Origin: Myxococcota bacterium | GTDB taxonomy: Bacteria > Myxococcota_A > UBA9042 > PHBI01 > JBMYRH01 | Assembly: GCA_049602155.1 (NCBI GenBank) | Contig: JBMYRH010000003.1 | Location: 301,871 to 365,870, forward strand | Direction of reading: 5' to 3' | DNA length: 64,000 nt | Shown here: piece by piece, positions 37,878-46,800 of the stretch | How the letters are laid out: each line of letters starts with the position of its first letter | Position numbering within the stretch: position 1 is the first letter of the stretch | The notes under the pieces: model-generated | What the model was told of the DNA's origin: nothing | Seen by the model: the letters and a program-made list of their open reading frames with translations, nothing else | Databases searched by the model: none | Translations under genes and position numbers: made by a program

Positions 37878-39995
37878 TCAGAGCCATGTAATTCGTGGTT
37901 TTATCGTGACCGGGACGCCGTCAATATGCGCCTCCACCACTGTCTCGCCGGGGACGCCGGGTGGAGGGATCTCCCAGCGCATTCCCCCACCATCAGGGAC
38001 GCCAGGTCCAGCGAGCTCTCCCACGCCATGGATGATGGTCAGGCTGAGCGACGCGTCAGAGCGGACCGAGCCATCTGGGGCACGGGCCGTAATCGCCACA
38101 AACGCCGACGCGGTGCCGTCAGATGGCAGCCGCCGAGACCAAGGGCTGACCTCGACCGTCCTCGGCTCGGTCACCGTGTGAACACGCCCAGCCTCGAGCT
38201 CAGCGATGACGTGGACCAAGCCGGAGGGCCAGGTAATCTCGACCTCTGACGCGACCTCTGCGGCGCCCAGCCCCACGAAGATGAGCGGTTGCGAGGTGCC
38301 GTAGGGGCTCCCGATATGCCCCATCACGTGGAGCTGTTGGGGGTCTCCTGGGCGCGGTCGCACGCGCACCAGGGCGCCCAAGCCCAGGGTGTTACTGGTC
38401 GTACCCCGGAGCCGAAGAGCGAGGCCATATCCTTCGGACTCAATGGCGTTTCGATAGACCCGTGGAAACTCCCCTAGGCCCCCTACGCCGAGGTCCGGCA
38501 GCCCGTCACCATCGAGGTCCCCAACCGTCAGGGCGCGCCACTCTCCAAGCGCCGACAAGCCGAGGCGCTCGGTGACGTCTGCGAAGCGCATCTGGCCGCC
38601 ATTCCAGTGCGCGCTGACATGCTGAGGTCCGACTTCGACGCGCAGCTTATCTCCCCCGGGGTTCGGGTCAGCGCCGTGACTGTAGACGAGGTCCACCCGA
38701 CCATCTCTGTCGAGGTCAAGCGCGGCAGCGCCCCAGGGGATCATGTAGCCATCCGGGGCCAAAGGGTTCGGAGGCAAGAGCAGCCCATCGGTGCCGATGC
38801 CGGTCCAGGTCGTGATGTCGGTGAGGGGATACGCCACCTCGGCCCTCAAGACGACATGATACGCGTCGGTCGTGATGGTCACGTCGAGGTCTCCATCTCC
38901 GTCGAGATCTGCAACAGACCCGCCCATCGGAGAGGAGAGCGAGAGATCGAGCGTGGGGGTCTCTCCCGCGGCGTCTACAGCCTCAAAGCGCGGCCTCGCT
39001 TGGTCATCCAAGCCGATCTCTCGGTAAAACACGTGGCTACGGCCCCCGCAGGCGCTCACCGCGGCGAAGGACATGAGGAGGCGCTCGTCACCGACTGGGG
39101 CGACGAGGGAGGCACACACGTTGGCATGGTTCACCGTCTCGATGAGCTCCGAGTGCGCCTTGTAGTGACGCCGCCCCGTCGCGAGGACCACGGCGAGCTC
39201 CGGGCAAGTCACGCTGCAACAGTCCACGGGCTGCCCGATGAGGTCGACCAGACCGTCGCGGTCGATATCGGCGAGTCCGAGCGCCTTCCACCCGATCAAT
39301 TCTGCCCCACCGGCCTGCTCCAACGTCAGGCTGTGGGCGATCGGCTCTCCTCCCCAGTGGACCGTGCTCGGGCCTTGGGTCAGCAGATCATCGCGGCCAT
39401 CGCCGTCGAGGTCGACGACCGCCAAGATATGACCAACCGGCAAGGGGATGGTCGCGTCTTCGACCAAGGAGTCGGTCAACGGATCGTGGCGAAGCGCGAG
39501 GCTCGTGACCGTCTCCCATGCACCCTCGCTGTCCGGCACACCCCGACGGTCACTCGACACGATGACCTCTTGAGCGCCGTCTCCATCGAGGTCCCCAAAG
39601 AGTGCCGTCGTAGGGCTCGGGATATCCCCGCCGTCTCCCGGGAAGAGCGGAAAGGGTGGCGACGACTCGAAGGTCGTCTTCAGGGACACAAACCCACCGG
39701 TGAAGCTCTCCGGGGGCTCAGGGACAGGCGGCAAATCGCCCGGGGGCCGCGGGTGAACCCCCCCGAGGTACTCGGACACCGCGCTGTCGTGCACCTCGGT
39801 CACGGGAGGCTCCCCACCCGCGTCGCCAGCGTCACCGCGTGGGGACGGCAACGGATCTGCAGCGTCAGCCAGAGAGACCGACACGTCGACATACGATGCA
39901 GCGTCAGGTTCGGCCGAGCAGCCAGCGATGAGGATGAACCCAAGCGCAAGGCAGCGCAGGCCGCGGGAGTTCGTTGTCGTCCGTCGATGCCTCAC
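37878..39995 (-). CDS. FG-GAP/VCBS-repeat lipoprotein with ASPIC/UnbV-like C-terminal domain (CRTAC1 family)
   Basis: Lipobox LGFILIAGC. Repeated DLDGDG..D(L/V) FG-GAP/VCBS motifs. C-terminal ...GLGAAEVASEVEITWPSGLVHV... is typical of UnbV_ASPIC. Confidence 0.8.
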   Translation of the reverse strand: MRHRRTTTNSRGLRCLALGFILIAGCSAEPDAASYVDVSVSLADAADPLPSPRGDAGDAGGEPPVTEVHDSAVSEYLGGVHPRPPGDLPPVPEPPESFTGGFVSLKTTFESSPPFPLFPGDGGDIPSPTTALFGDLDGDGAQEVIVSSDRRGVPDSEGAWETVTSLALRHDPLTDSLVEDATIPLPVGHILAVVDLDGDGRDDLLTQGPSTVHWGGEPIAHSLTLEQAGGAELIGWKALGLADIDRDGLVDLIGQPVDCCSVTCPELAVVLATGRRHYKAHSELIETVNHANVCASLVAPVGDERLLMSFAAVSACGGRSHVFYREIGLDDQARPRFEAVDAAGETPTLDLSLSSPMGGSVADLDGDGDLDVTITTDAYHVVLRAEVAYPLTDITTWTGIGTDGLLLPPNPLAPDGYMIPWGAAALDLDRDGRVDLVYSHGADPNPGGDKLRVEVGPQHVSAHWNGGQMRFADVTERLGLSALGEWRALTVGDLDGDGLPDLGVGGLGEFPRVYRNAIESEGYGLALRLRGTTSNTLGLGALVRVRPRPGDPQQLHVMGHIGSPYGTSQPLIFVGLGAAEVASEVEITWPSGLVHVIAELEAGRVHTVTEPRTVEVSPWSRRLPSDGTASAFVAITARAPDGSVRSDASLSLTIIHGVGELAGPGVPDGGGMRWEIPPPGVPGETVVEAHIDGVPVTIKPRITWL

Positions 39996-40094
39996 CCGAT
40001 CACTGTACCGGCCCTCTCAGGGGCGAGCCAGGCAGAAGGGGTGTGGCGCACGCGAAAGCCTGCCCCGGCTGTCCGAGCGCTGGGGCGCAGCTGT

Positions 40095-41183
40095 TCACGG
40101 CCCCAAGCGCACCCGAGTGGCCACTTCACGGAGCAAGAGGGGCTCGACATCCTCTTGGCTCCGCACCCACGCGAGGTGCTCGGCGACGACCCGACGGAAC
40201 ACCTTGCCCCCAGAGAGCTGAGGTTCGGCGTGAATGGCGAGGGTCGCGAGGCCCCCTAGAGCACGGACCCACTCGCACTTCTCTCGCCAGAGCGAGGCGA
40301 TCGCGCCGCGACCATGCAAGGTGAAGCGCAATGAAGAGTCCATCGGGAGGGTGATCGGGATCACAACGCCACCATGTAGACCGTAAGGCCGGACAGTCGT
40401 GACGCCGCGCGCGACCTCAAGGTCGGCGTCACAGACGCTTGAGTCATACGCGAAGTGTTGAGCGACAGCGGTCAGCGTGCGCGGGGAGCGCAAGAGCGAG
40501 GGTGAGCGAAACCCCACGCCATCAAAGGGCATGATACTCTCACGGGCGGCCATCAACCGGGCGTGAAGGGCCTCTGGTTCGAGGGTCGTCAGGCGGTTAT
40601 CGTGTCGGACATCGTGGCTGCCGATCTCGTGCCCCCGCGCGACCAGCTCATGGCCGATCTCCGGGGTCCCCTCCAAGACCTCTCCCACGACAAAGAATGT
40701 GGCGCGCATGCCCGCCTCTTCCACCGTATCTGCGACCTTGAGGGCCCGGCGCCACCCCGCGCCAGAGTCGACATCACAGGTCACGGCGAAGCCCCAGCTC
40801 GCCCCTCGCCATTGCAGGACCGGGGGGTCGCCGCGGAGCGCACGCAAGACATCTAAGGCGGGCGCCACTGGCCAACTGGGGTCTTGGCGATTGCGAAGCA
40901 TACGCTGTGGTGTGAACACCGCGACAGCCCCGAGGCCGCGCAAGACCCAAGGCAATCGGTCATAGGCGAAGGGCAACCTTTGAGTGACCGACCGCATCTC
41001 CTGAGCCCAGCGTTCGTCCTCGAGTCGCGCGATCGCGCTGGCGAGGTCAAAGCCAAACGTCGGCGTATCAGGCCCCTCGATGACGCAGGCCTCTTCACCA
41101 GGCTCGATCGGGATCAGCACGGCGCGCTCACCCAGCCATGCTGGCCGCAGACTGGGGGGCAGCGAGAGCTCTAACCAGGCCAA
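40095..41183 (-). CDS. Polysaccharide deacetylase (NodB/ArnD-like) family protein
   Basis: ATFFVVGEVLEGTPEIGHELVARGHEIGSHDVRHD (NodB-type motifs). The start lies 1 nt after the stop of the upstream SDR-GT2 gene. Confidence 0.8.
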   Translation of the reverse strand: MAWLELSLPPSLRPAWLGERAVLIPIEPGEEACVIEGPDTPTFGFDLASAIARLEDERWAQEMRSVTQRLPFAYDRLPWVLRGLGAVAVFTPQRMLRNRQDPSWPVAPALDVLRALRGDPPVLQWRGASWGFAVTCDVDSGAGWRRALKVADTVEEAGMRATFFVVGEVLEGTPEIGHELVARGHEIGSHDVRHDNRLTTLEPEALHARLMAARESIMPFDGVGFRSPSLLRSPRTLTAVAQHFAYDSSVCDADLEVARGVTTVRPYGLHGGVVIPITLPMDSSLRFTLHGRGAIASLWREKCEWVRALGGLATLAIHAEPQLSGGKVFRRVVAEHLAWVRSQEDVEPLLLREVATRVRLGP

Positions 41184-41184
41184 C

Positions 41185-43050
41185 TCAGCGCTCCGTCGTG
41201 CCAGGCGGCTTGAGCCGTCGCACCTTGCCCGGGAGGCTCAGGAGCTCCATCGCCGTGTGGGTCACGTTGCGTAACGTCACATGGGTCTCCTCGCCCCACG
41301 TGCGAGGTAAATGCTCCACGGGGAGCTCGGTCATGCGCGCCCCGAGGGCCGCGAGCTTCACGAGGACCTCCGCGTCCGCGCTGAACCCTGGGGTCTCAAT
41401 CGTGACCTGGCTCAAGAGCCTCCTTCGGTAGAGCTTCACCCAGTTGATGTCGGTCAACGTCACGCCGTGAGAGGCGCGCATATAGCGGTTGAAGATGCCA
41501 GACGCCCAGCGCCGATCCCAGGTCTCCTTCCGGCCCTGCCGAACACCGCCTATCACGTCCGCTGTATCGCGCACTGCGAGGTAGCGCGCCAGATCCCGGA
41601 TATCGAACTGGTTGTCTCCAGGGACGAGCGCGACCCAGTCATACTGAGCGATGAGGAACCCAGACTTCTGCGCCGCCCCATAACCGAGGTTGAACGGATG
41701 ATGCACCGCTCGGACACGATCATCTTCTCGACACAGGCGGTCGATGATCTCGCGCGTCCCATCGTGGCTCCCATCGTTGACGACGATCACCTCCATGGCG
41801 CGCGTGAACGTGGGGACATGGCGCAAGCAATCACGCACCATGCGCTCGATATTTCCGGCCTCGTTGTACGCAGGCACGACGATTGAGATCGTGGCATCCT
41901 CTGAGAGCGCGCCCGCGTCGGAGAGCCCCCCACCTCGGACGATCCCCGACTGGCGCAGTCCCCCGAGCGCGTCCTGCGACGACTCTTCAGCCGGTCCTTT
42001 CGCCTTCAGCCACGCGACCGCCTCAGCGAGCCCCTCCTCAAAGCCGACCTCAGCGGACCAGCCTAGGGACTGCATGGCAGAGCAATCCCCCACGAGGTGT
42101 CGGATATCGAGGGCCCGATAAGCCCCCTGGAGATCAGGCATCAACTCCGGGTGGCCAAGGTGCTCTGCGACGCGCTGAGCGACGTCACCGATCGCCGTAC
42201 CGACCCCGGTCCCGACGTTGAACGCGCGCCCCGCGGCGTCTGGGTGCTCCAGCGCGACCACCGTCGCTGCGGCGGCATCCCGAACATGGAGAAAATCACG
42301 GGTCTGGGCCCCGTCCTCAAAGACCATCGGCGCGAGCCCGTGCTGAATCCGGTTGGCGAAGATCGCGATGACGCCGGTGTATGGGTTCGAAGGCGACTGC
42401 CTCGGGCCGTAGGTCAGGAAGTAGCGAAGCGCGACGACCTCTAAGCCATCGGTGCGGCCAAAGCTGAGGGCCAGCTGCTCTTGGTCGAGCTTAGAGATGC
42501 AGTATGGGTTGGGGGGATCCGGTCGCTTGCCCTCGCCTGTCGGCACCGGGGTCATCGTCTCACCATCTGGGCCGAGCGGCTCCCATTGACCGGCCTCCAG
42601 CTGTGCGACAGGGCGCAGATCGCCGTCGACGATCTCCCCCGCAGCGGTCTGATAGCGCCCTTCCCCGTAGATCCCGACCGATGATGCGATCACGAGGCGA
42701 CGCAAGGGCGTTGAGCGGCTACGGATCGCCTCCAGTAACGTCGCCGTGCCCACCGTGTTCGCGCGGAAATAATGCCCGATATCCGGCGTGAACCCGACAG
42801 TGGCCGCCAAGTGAATCACGGCGTCGACCCCATCCAAAGCGGCCTCAATGGTCGGCCGATGCCCCACATCACCGTGGATGAACTCCGCCTCTTCAGGCAC
42901 CCAATCCGGGACGCGTCCATCGAGGTGTGTCGGCGCCCGTAAGGCGTCCAGAATGCGCACGCGGTGGCCCTTGGCCAGCAGCGCGTCGACTGTATGCGAG
43001 CCTATGAGCCCCGCACCCCCCGTGACCAGAACCCGCTCAGTCATGCTCAA
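41185..43050 (-). CDS. Fusion protein: NAD-dependent sugar epimerase/dehydratase (SDR) + family-2 glycosyltransferase
   Basis: N-terminal VLVTGGAGLIGSHTVDALLAKGHRVRILD and NPYCISK (YxxxK). C-terminal ISIVVPAYNEAGNIERMV...VIVVNDGSHDGTREIIDRL...ALVPGDNQFD (GT2, polyprenyl-phosphate glycosyltransferase-like). Confidence 0.85.
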   Translation of the reverse strand: MSMTERVLVTGGAGLIGSHTVDALLAKGHRVRILDALRAPTHLDGRVPDWVPEEAEFIHGDVGHRPTIEAALDGVDAVIHLAATVGFTPDIGHYFRANTVGTATLLEAIRSRSTPLRRLVIASSVGIYGEGRYQTAAGEIVDGDLRPVAQLEAGQWEPLGPDGETMTPVPTGEGKRPDPPNPYCISKLDQEQLALSFGRTDGLEVVALRYFLTYGPRQSPSNPYTGVIAIFANRIQHGLAPMVFEDGAQTRDFLHVRDAAAATVVALEHPDAAGRAFNVGTGVGTAIGDVAQRVAEHLGHPELMPDLQGAYRALDIRHLVGDCSAMQSLGWSAEVGFEEGLAEAVAWLKAKGPAEESSQDALGGLRQSGIVRGGGLSDAGALSEDATISIVVPAYNEAGNIERMVRDCLRHVPTFTRAMEVIVVNDGSHDGTREIIDRLCREDDRVRAVHHPFNLGYGAAQKSGFLIAQYDWVALVPGDNQFDIRDLARYLAVRDTADVIGGVRQGRKETWDRRWASGIFNRYMRASHGVTLTDINWVKLYRRRLLSQVTIETPGFSADAEVLVKLAALGARMTELPVEHLPRTWGEETHVTLRNVTHTAMELLSLPGKVRRLKPPGTTER

Positions 43051-43145
43051 ACCCTACCACAGATGCCCCCGTCGACGCTTCAGGGTAGCGCGAGACCCAA
43101 ACGTCGGGCAGGCTTCGTCGCGCCCCTGACCTCTGGAGAGGCCCC

Positions 43146-43856
43146 ATGGACCTGCACCCCGACGACCCAAGGCTCCCCGTTCAAGCGCTCTTTGATCGAT
43201 GGGCAGACAATGGCCGCGCCGAGGGCATGGAGGAGGGCCACACCCCGACGGCGAGAGAGGCCTTCGAGCGCCTGCACCTCACCCCCGGTGACTCCTACCT
43301 CGATATCGGGTGCGGCAACGGCTACTCGGTGCGCTGGGCTGCACAATTAGACCCGAGCATCCGCGCGACGGGCCTCGATCTCAGCCCGCAGATGGTCGCG
43401 CGCGCCCGGGAGCAGTCATCCAAGCACCCCAACACGCGCTTTATCCACGCCCCCTTTCCCCTCCCGATGCTCCGCGATGGCGCATTCAACGCGATCTTCT
43501 CGATGGAGGTCTTCTACTACCTCCCAGACCTCAGCGTAGGGCTCCGAGAGGTCGCGCGGCTCCTCGCGCCCGGCGGACGGTTCGTCTGCATCATCGACTT
43601 CTATGAGGAGAACACCGCCAGCCACAGTTGGCCCGAAGACGTCGGCGTTCAGATGAACCTCATGCCTGAGAGCATGTGGCGGGCAGCGATGACCTACGCC
43701 GGCCTTGAGGTCCTTGAACAGACCCGCCTTCGTCACCCACTCCCGGAGGGCGAAGCCCCCAGCTGGAAGCAAACCGAGGGGAGCCTGATGACCCTCGCGC
43801 GGAGGCGCCCCACAGCGCCGCCGACTCAAAGTGACGAGCTACCTGAGAGCGCCTGA
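43146..43856 (+). CDS. Class I SAM-dependent methyltransferase
   Basis: Motif I YLDIGCGNGYSVRWAA, plus post-I GLDLSPQMV and LAPGGRFV. Confidence 0.85.
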   Translation: MDLHPDDPRLPVQALFDRWADNGRAEGMEEGHTPTAREAFERLHLTPGDSYLDIGCGNGYSVRWAAQLDPSIRATGLDLSPQMVARAREQSSKHPNTRFIHAPFPLPMLRDGAFNAIFSMEVFYYLPDLSVGLREVARLLAPGGRFVCIIDFYEENTASHSWPEDVGVQMNLMPESMWRAAMTYAGLEVLEQTRLRHPLPEGEAPSWKQTEGSLMTLARRRPTAPPTQSDELPESA

Positions 43857-43857
43857 G

Positions 43858-46800
43858 CTAGGGGATCTCGCCGTCGAGGCAGTCGCCCCCGTCCCAAAGC
43901 AGCTCATCACAGGCAAACACCGCATCGCAGCTGTTGTCGCCGTACCACGTGTTTGGTGTGCAACCGCCGAAGCAATTGGCCGTCTGATCCTGTGCGCAGG
44001 TGCCATTCGAGGGGCAATCGCCGTCATCCCAAGAGAGCTCGATGCACTGAAACTGAATGTCGCACCATGAATCGCCCAGCCACCCAGCCGGCCGACACAC
44101 CTGCTTGCAGTCTTTGATTTGCCCCTCTGGGCAGCAGTCACCACCGTCCCACTCGCCGTCTTCGCAGGCGAAGGTGGGATCACACAGGCCGTCACCCATC
44201 GAGGCCTCGGCGCAGACCCCTTCGCAGTTCGTCGCTTGACCCTCTGGGCATGGGATCGGGCAGTCGCCAGCGTCCCAATTAAGGGCCTCGCAGGCGAAGG
44301 CTGGATCGCAGAAGCCGTTGCCCAGGCCTACGAACTTGCAGACGCCAGCGCAGTCTTTGATCTGCCCCATCGGGCAGCAATCTCCCCCGTCCCAAGAGTT
44401 CTGCCAGCACGCCAGGACAGACTGGCAGGTGCCGTCACCCAACCACGCTTCAGGTTGGCAAGTCCCATCACAGCCCTTGACCGTCCCATCACCGCAACAG
44501 TCGCCACCATCCCAGTCCGTCTCCGCGCAGTTCATCGAGCTGCTGCAAGACCCGTTGCCGAGCTCAGAGGCCGCTGTGCAGATGCCCTGGCAGCTCTTCA
44601 CGTAGCCATCGGGGCAACAGTCGAAGTTGTCGTAGCTCATCGTCACGCATTGCAGCTCCGGCTGGCAGATCCCGTCACCGAGAAGCGCCTGATCGATGCA
44701 GTTAAAGTCGCAGTCCACGATCTCTCCTGGCGCGCACTCCACGATCGGTGAACAGTCTCCGGCGTCCCAAGCGAGCGCTTCGCACTGGAGCTGCGGCTGG
44801 CAGAGGCCGTCCCCAAGCCACCAACTCCAGGAGCACGTCCCATCGCAGTCCGTGATCTCGAAGGCTGTACAGCAGTCGCCACCGTCCCACGCGTGAGAGA
44901 GGCAACGGAGCGCCTCGTCACACTGACCATCTCCCACCGACGATGAAGGCTGGCAGCCGCCTACGCAGTCCGCGACCTCTCCGGGCGGGCAGACGACGAG
45001 GGCCTCGCAGTCGCCAGAGTCCCACCCAAAGGTCTCGCATTGAAACTCGGGATCACAGAAACCATCACCCAACCAAGTCGGCCAAGCGCAACCACCGTCG
45101 CATGTCTTGATCTCCCCTGTCGGGCAGCAATCCAGCCCATCCCAACCCGTATCTAAGCAGGCCAAAGTAGCTTGGCAGGTGCCATCGCCCAGCCACGTCG
45201 CCGGGAGGCAGCCCCCGACGCAATCGGCCACCTCATCTTCTGCGCACTCAGCGACGACGGGGCAATCGCCCTCATCCCAATTCGTCGCCGAGCAGGCCAG
45301 GGACTGGTCGCAGGTGCCGTCGCCGAGCCAGCTGAGCCATACGCAGCCGCCCTGGCAGTTGGCGACCTGAAGGTCGGTGCAGCAATCGCCGCCGTCCCAG
45401 ACCGTCTCCTCGCATTGCAGGGGTGCGTCACAGATCCCGTTGCCGAGCGCCGATGAGGCGACACAGCCCCCCAAGCAGTCTGGGGTCTCCCCATTGGGGC
45501 ACACCACCACAGGCTCACAGTCACCGCCATCCCAGCCCGTCAACTCGCAGGCGAGCACGGGATCACAGAGGCCATCGCCGAACCAGGTCTCAAAAGAGCA
45601 CTCTCCGAGACAATCGGGGGCTTTACCGGTCGGGCAGCAGTCTTCACCATCCCAATCGGTCTCCTCACACCTCAAGCTCTCGTCGCACACCCCGTCACCC
45701 AGCGATGATGCAGGCTGGCACCCTCCCAAACAGTCAGGAGTTTCTCCGAGGCCGCACTCGACCACCGGCGCGCAGTCGCCATTGTCCCACCCCAGCTCCT
45801 CGCACGCGAAGACATCGTCGCAGCTGCCGTTGCCCAACCAGCCAGCCCATGAGCACGCCCCAAGGCAGTTCGGTGTGAGGCCGTCCGCGCACTGCGTCGG
45901 GGCGCAATCACCGCCGTCCCAGCTGGTCGCTTCACAGTCCAGTTCAAAGTCGCAGAAGCCGTTGCCGTAGACCTCGGCGGGCAGGCAGGTCGCCGCACAG
46001 CTGGGCGTCTGACCGGGAGGACAGAAGACGCCTGGGCAATCCCCGCCATCCCAGTTCAATGCATCACACGCGAAGGGCTCATCACACTCACCGTCACCGT
46101 ACCAACTTTGCCAACTGCACGTCTCCATGCAGTCGAGCTGTTGCCCGTCTGGGCACACAGGCGCGTCGATACAATCGCCCTCGTCAAAGCCCTGGGCTTC
46201 ACAGTTGAGCGCCTCATCACACTGACCATCCCCAAGGGCGGCCACAGCGGTGCATCCACCGAGGCAATCCAAGACCTCTGTGGCCGGGGCGCACACTGGA
46301 CCAGGAGGCTGACAGTCCCCGTTATCCCAGTCGGTCGCCTCGCAATCGAAGAGCGGGTCACAAAAACCGTCCCCCAACCAGTTCTCCTGCGTACACCCGT
46401 CTGCACAGTTCGGAGCTTGCCCGATCGGGCAGCCAATCACGCCGCAATCCCCGCCATCGAGGCCAAAGGGGATGCAATCAAAATTGCTGTCACAGACGCC
46501 GTCACCCACCTTCGCGAGGTCCCCACACACCCCTGTGCAGTCGTAGAGGAAGCCCACGGGGCAGTCACCGGCGATGCAATCGCCGCCATCCTCTTGGTAA
46601 GCGGGACAGTTAAACGCGTCATCACAGCTGCCGTTACCGATTAACCCCTCTGGCAGGCACTCCCCCACGCAGCTCGGGACTTCCCCAGGGGGGCAGCAGT
46701 CACCTGAATCATAGCCGCTTTCTTTACAGTTCAGCTCGGGGTGACATTCGCCATCACCATTGAGCACTGCGGCGATGCACTCCCCTTCGCAGTCCAGGAT

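Noticed and set aside
38607-40259. 550-aa + strand ORF
   Set aside because: It is antisense to the FG-GAP/ASPIC lipoprotein and the deacetylase 3' end. It is Arg-rich and low-complexity with no motifs.
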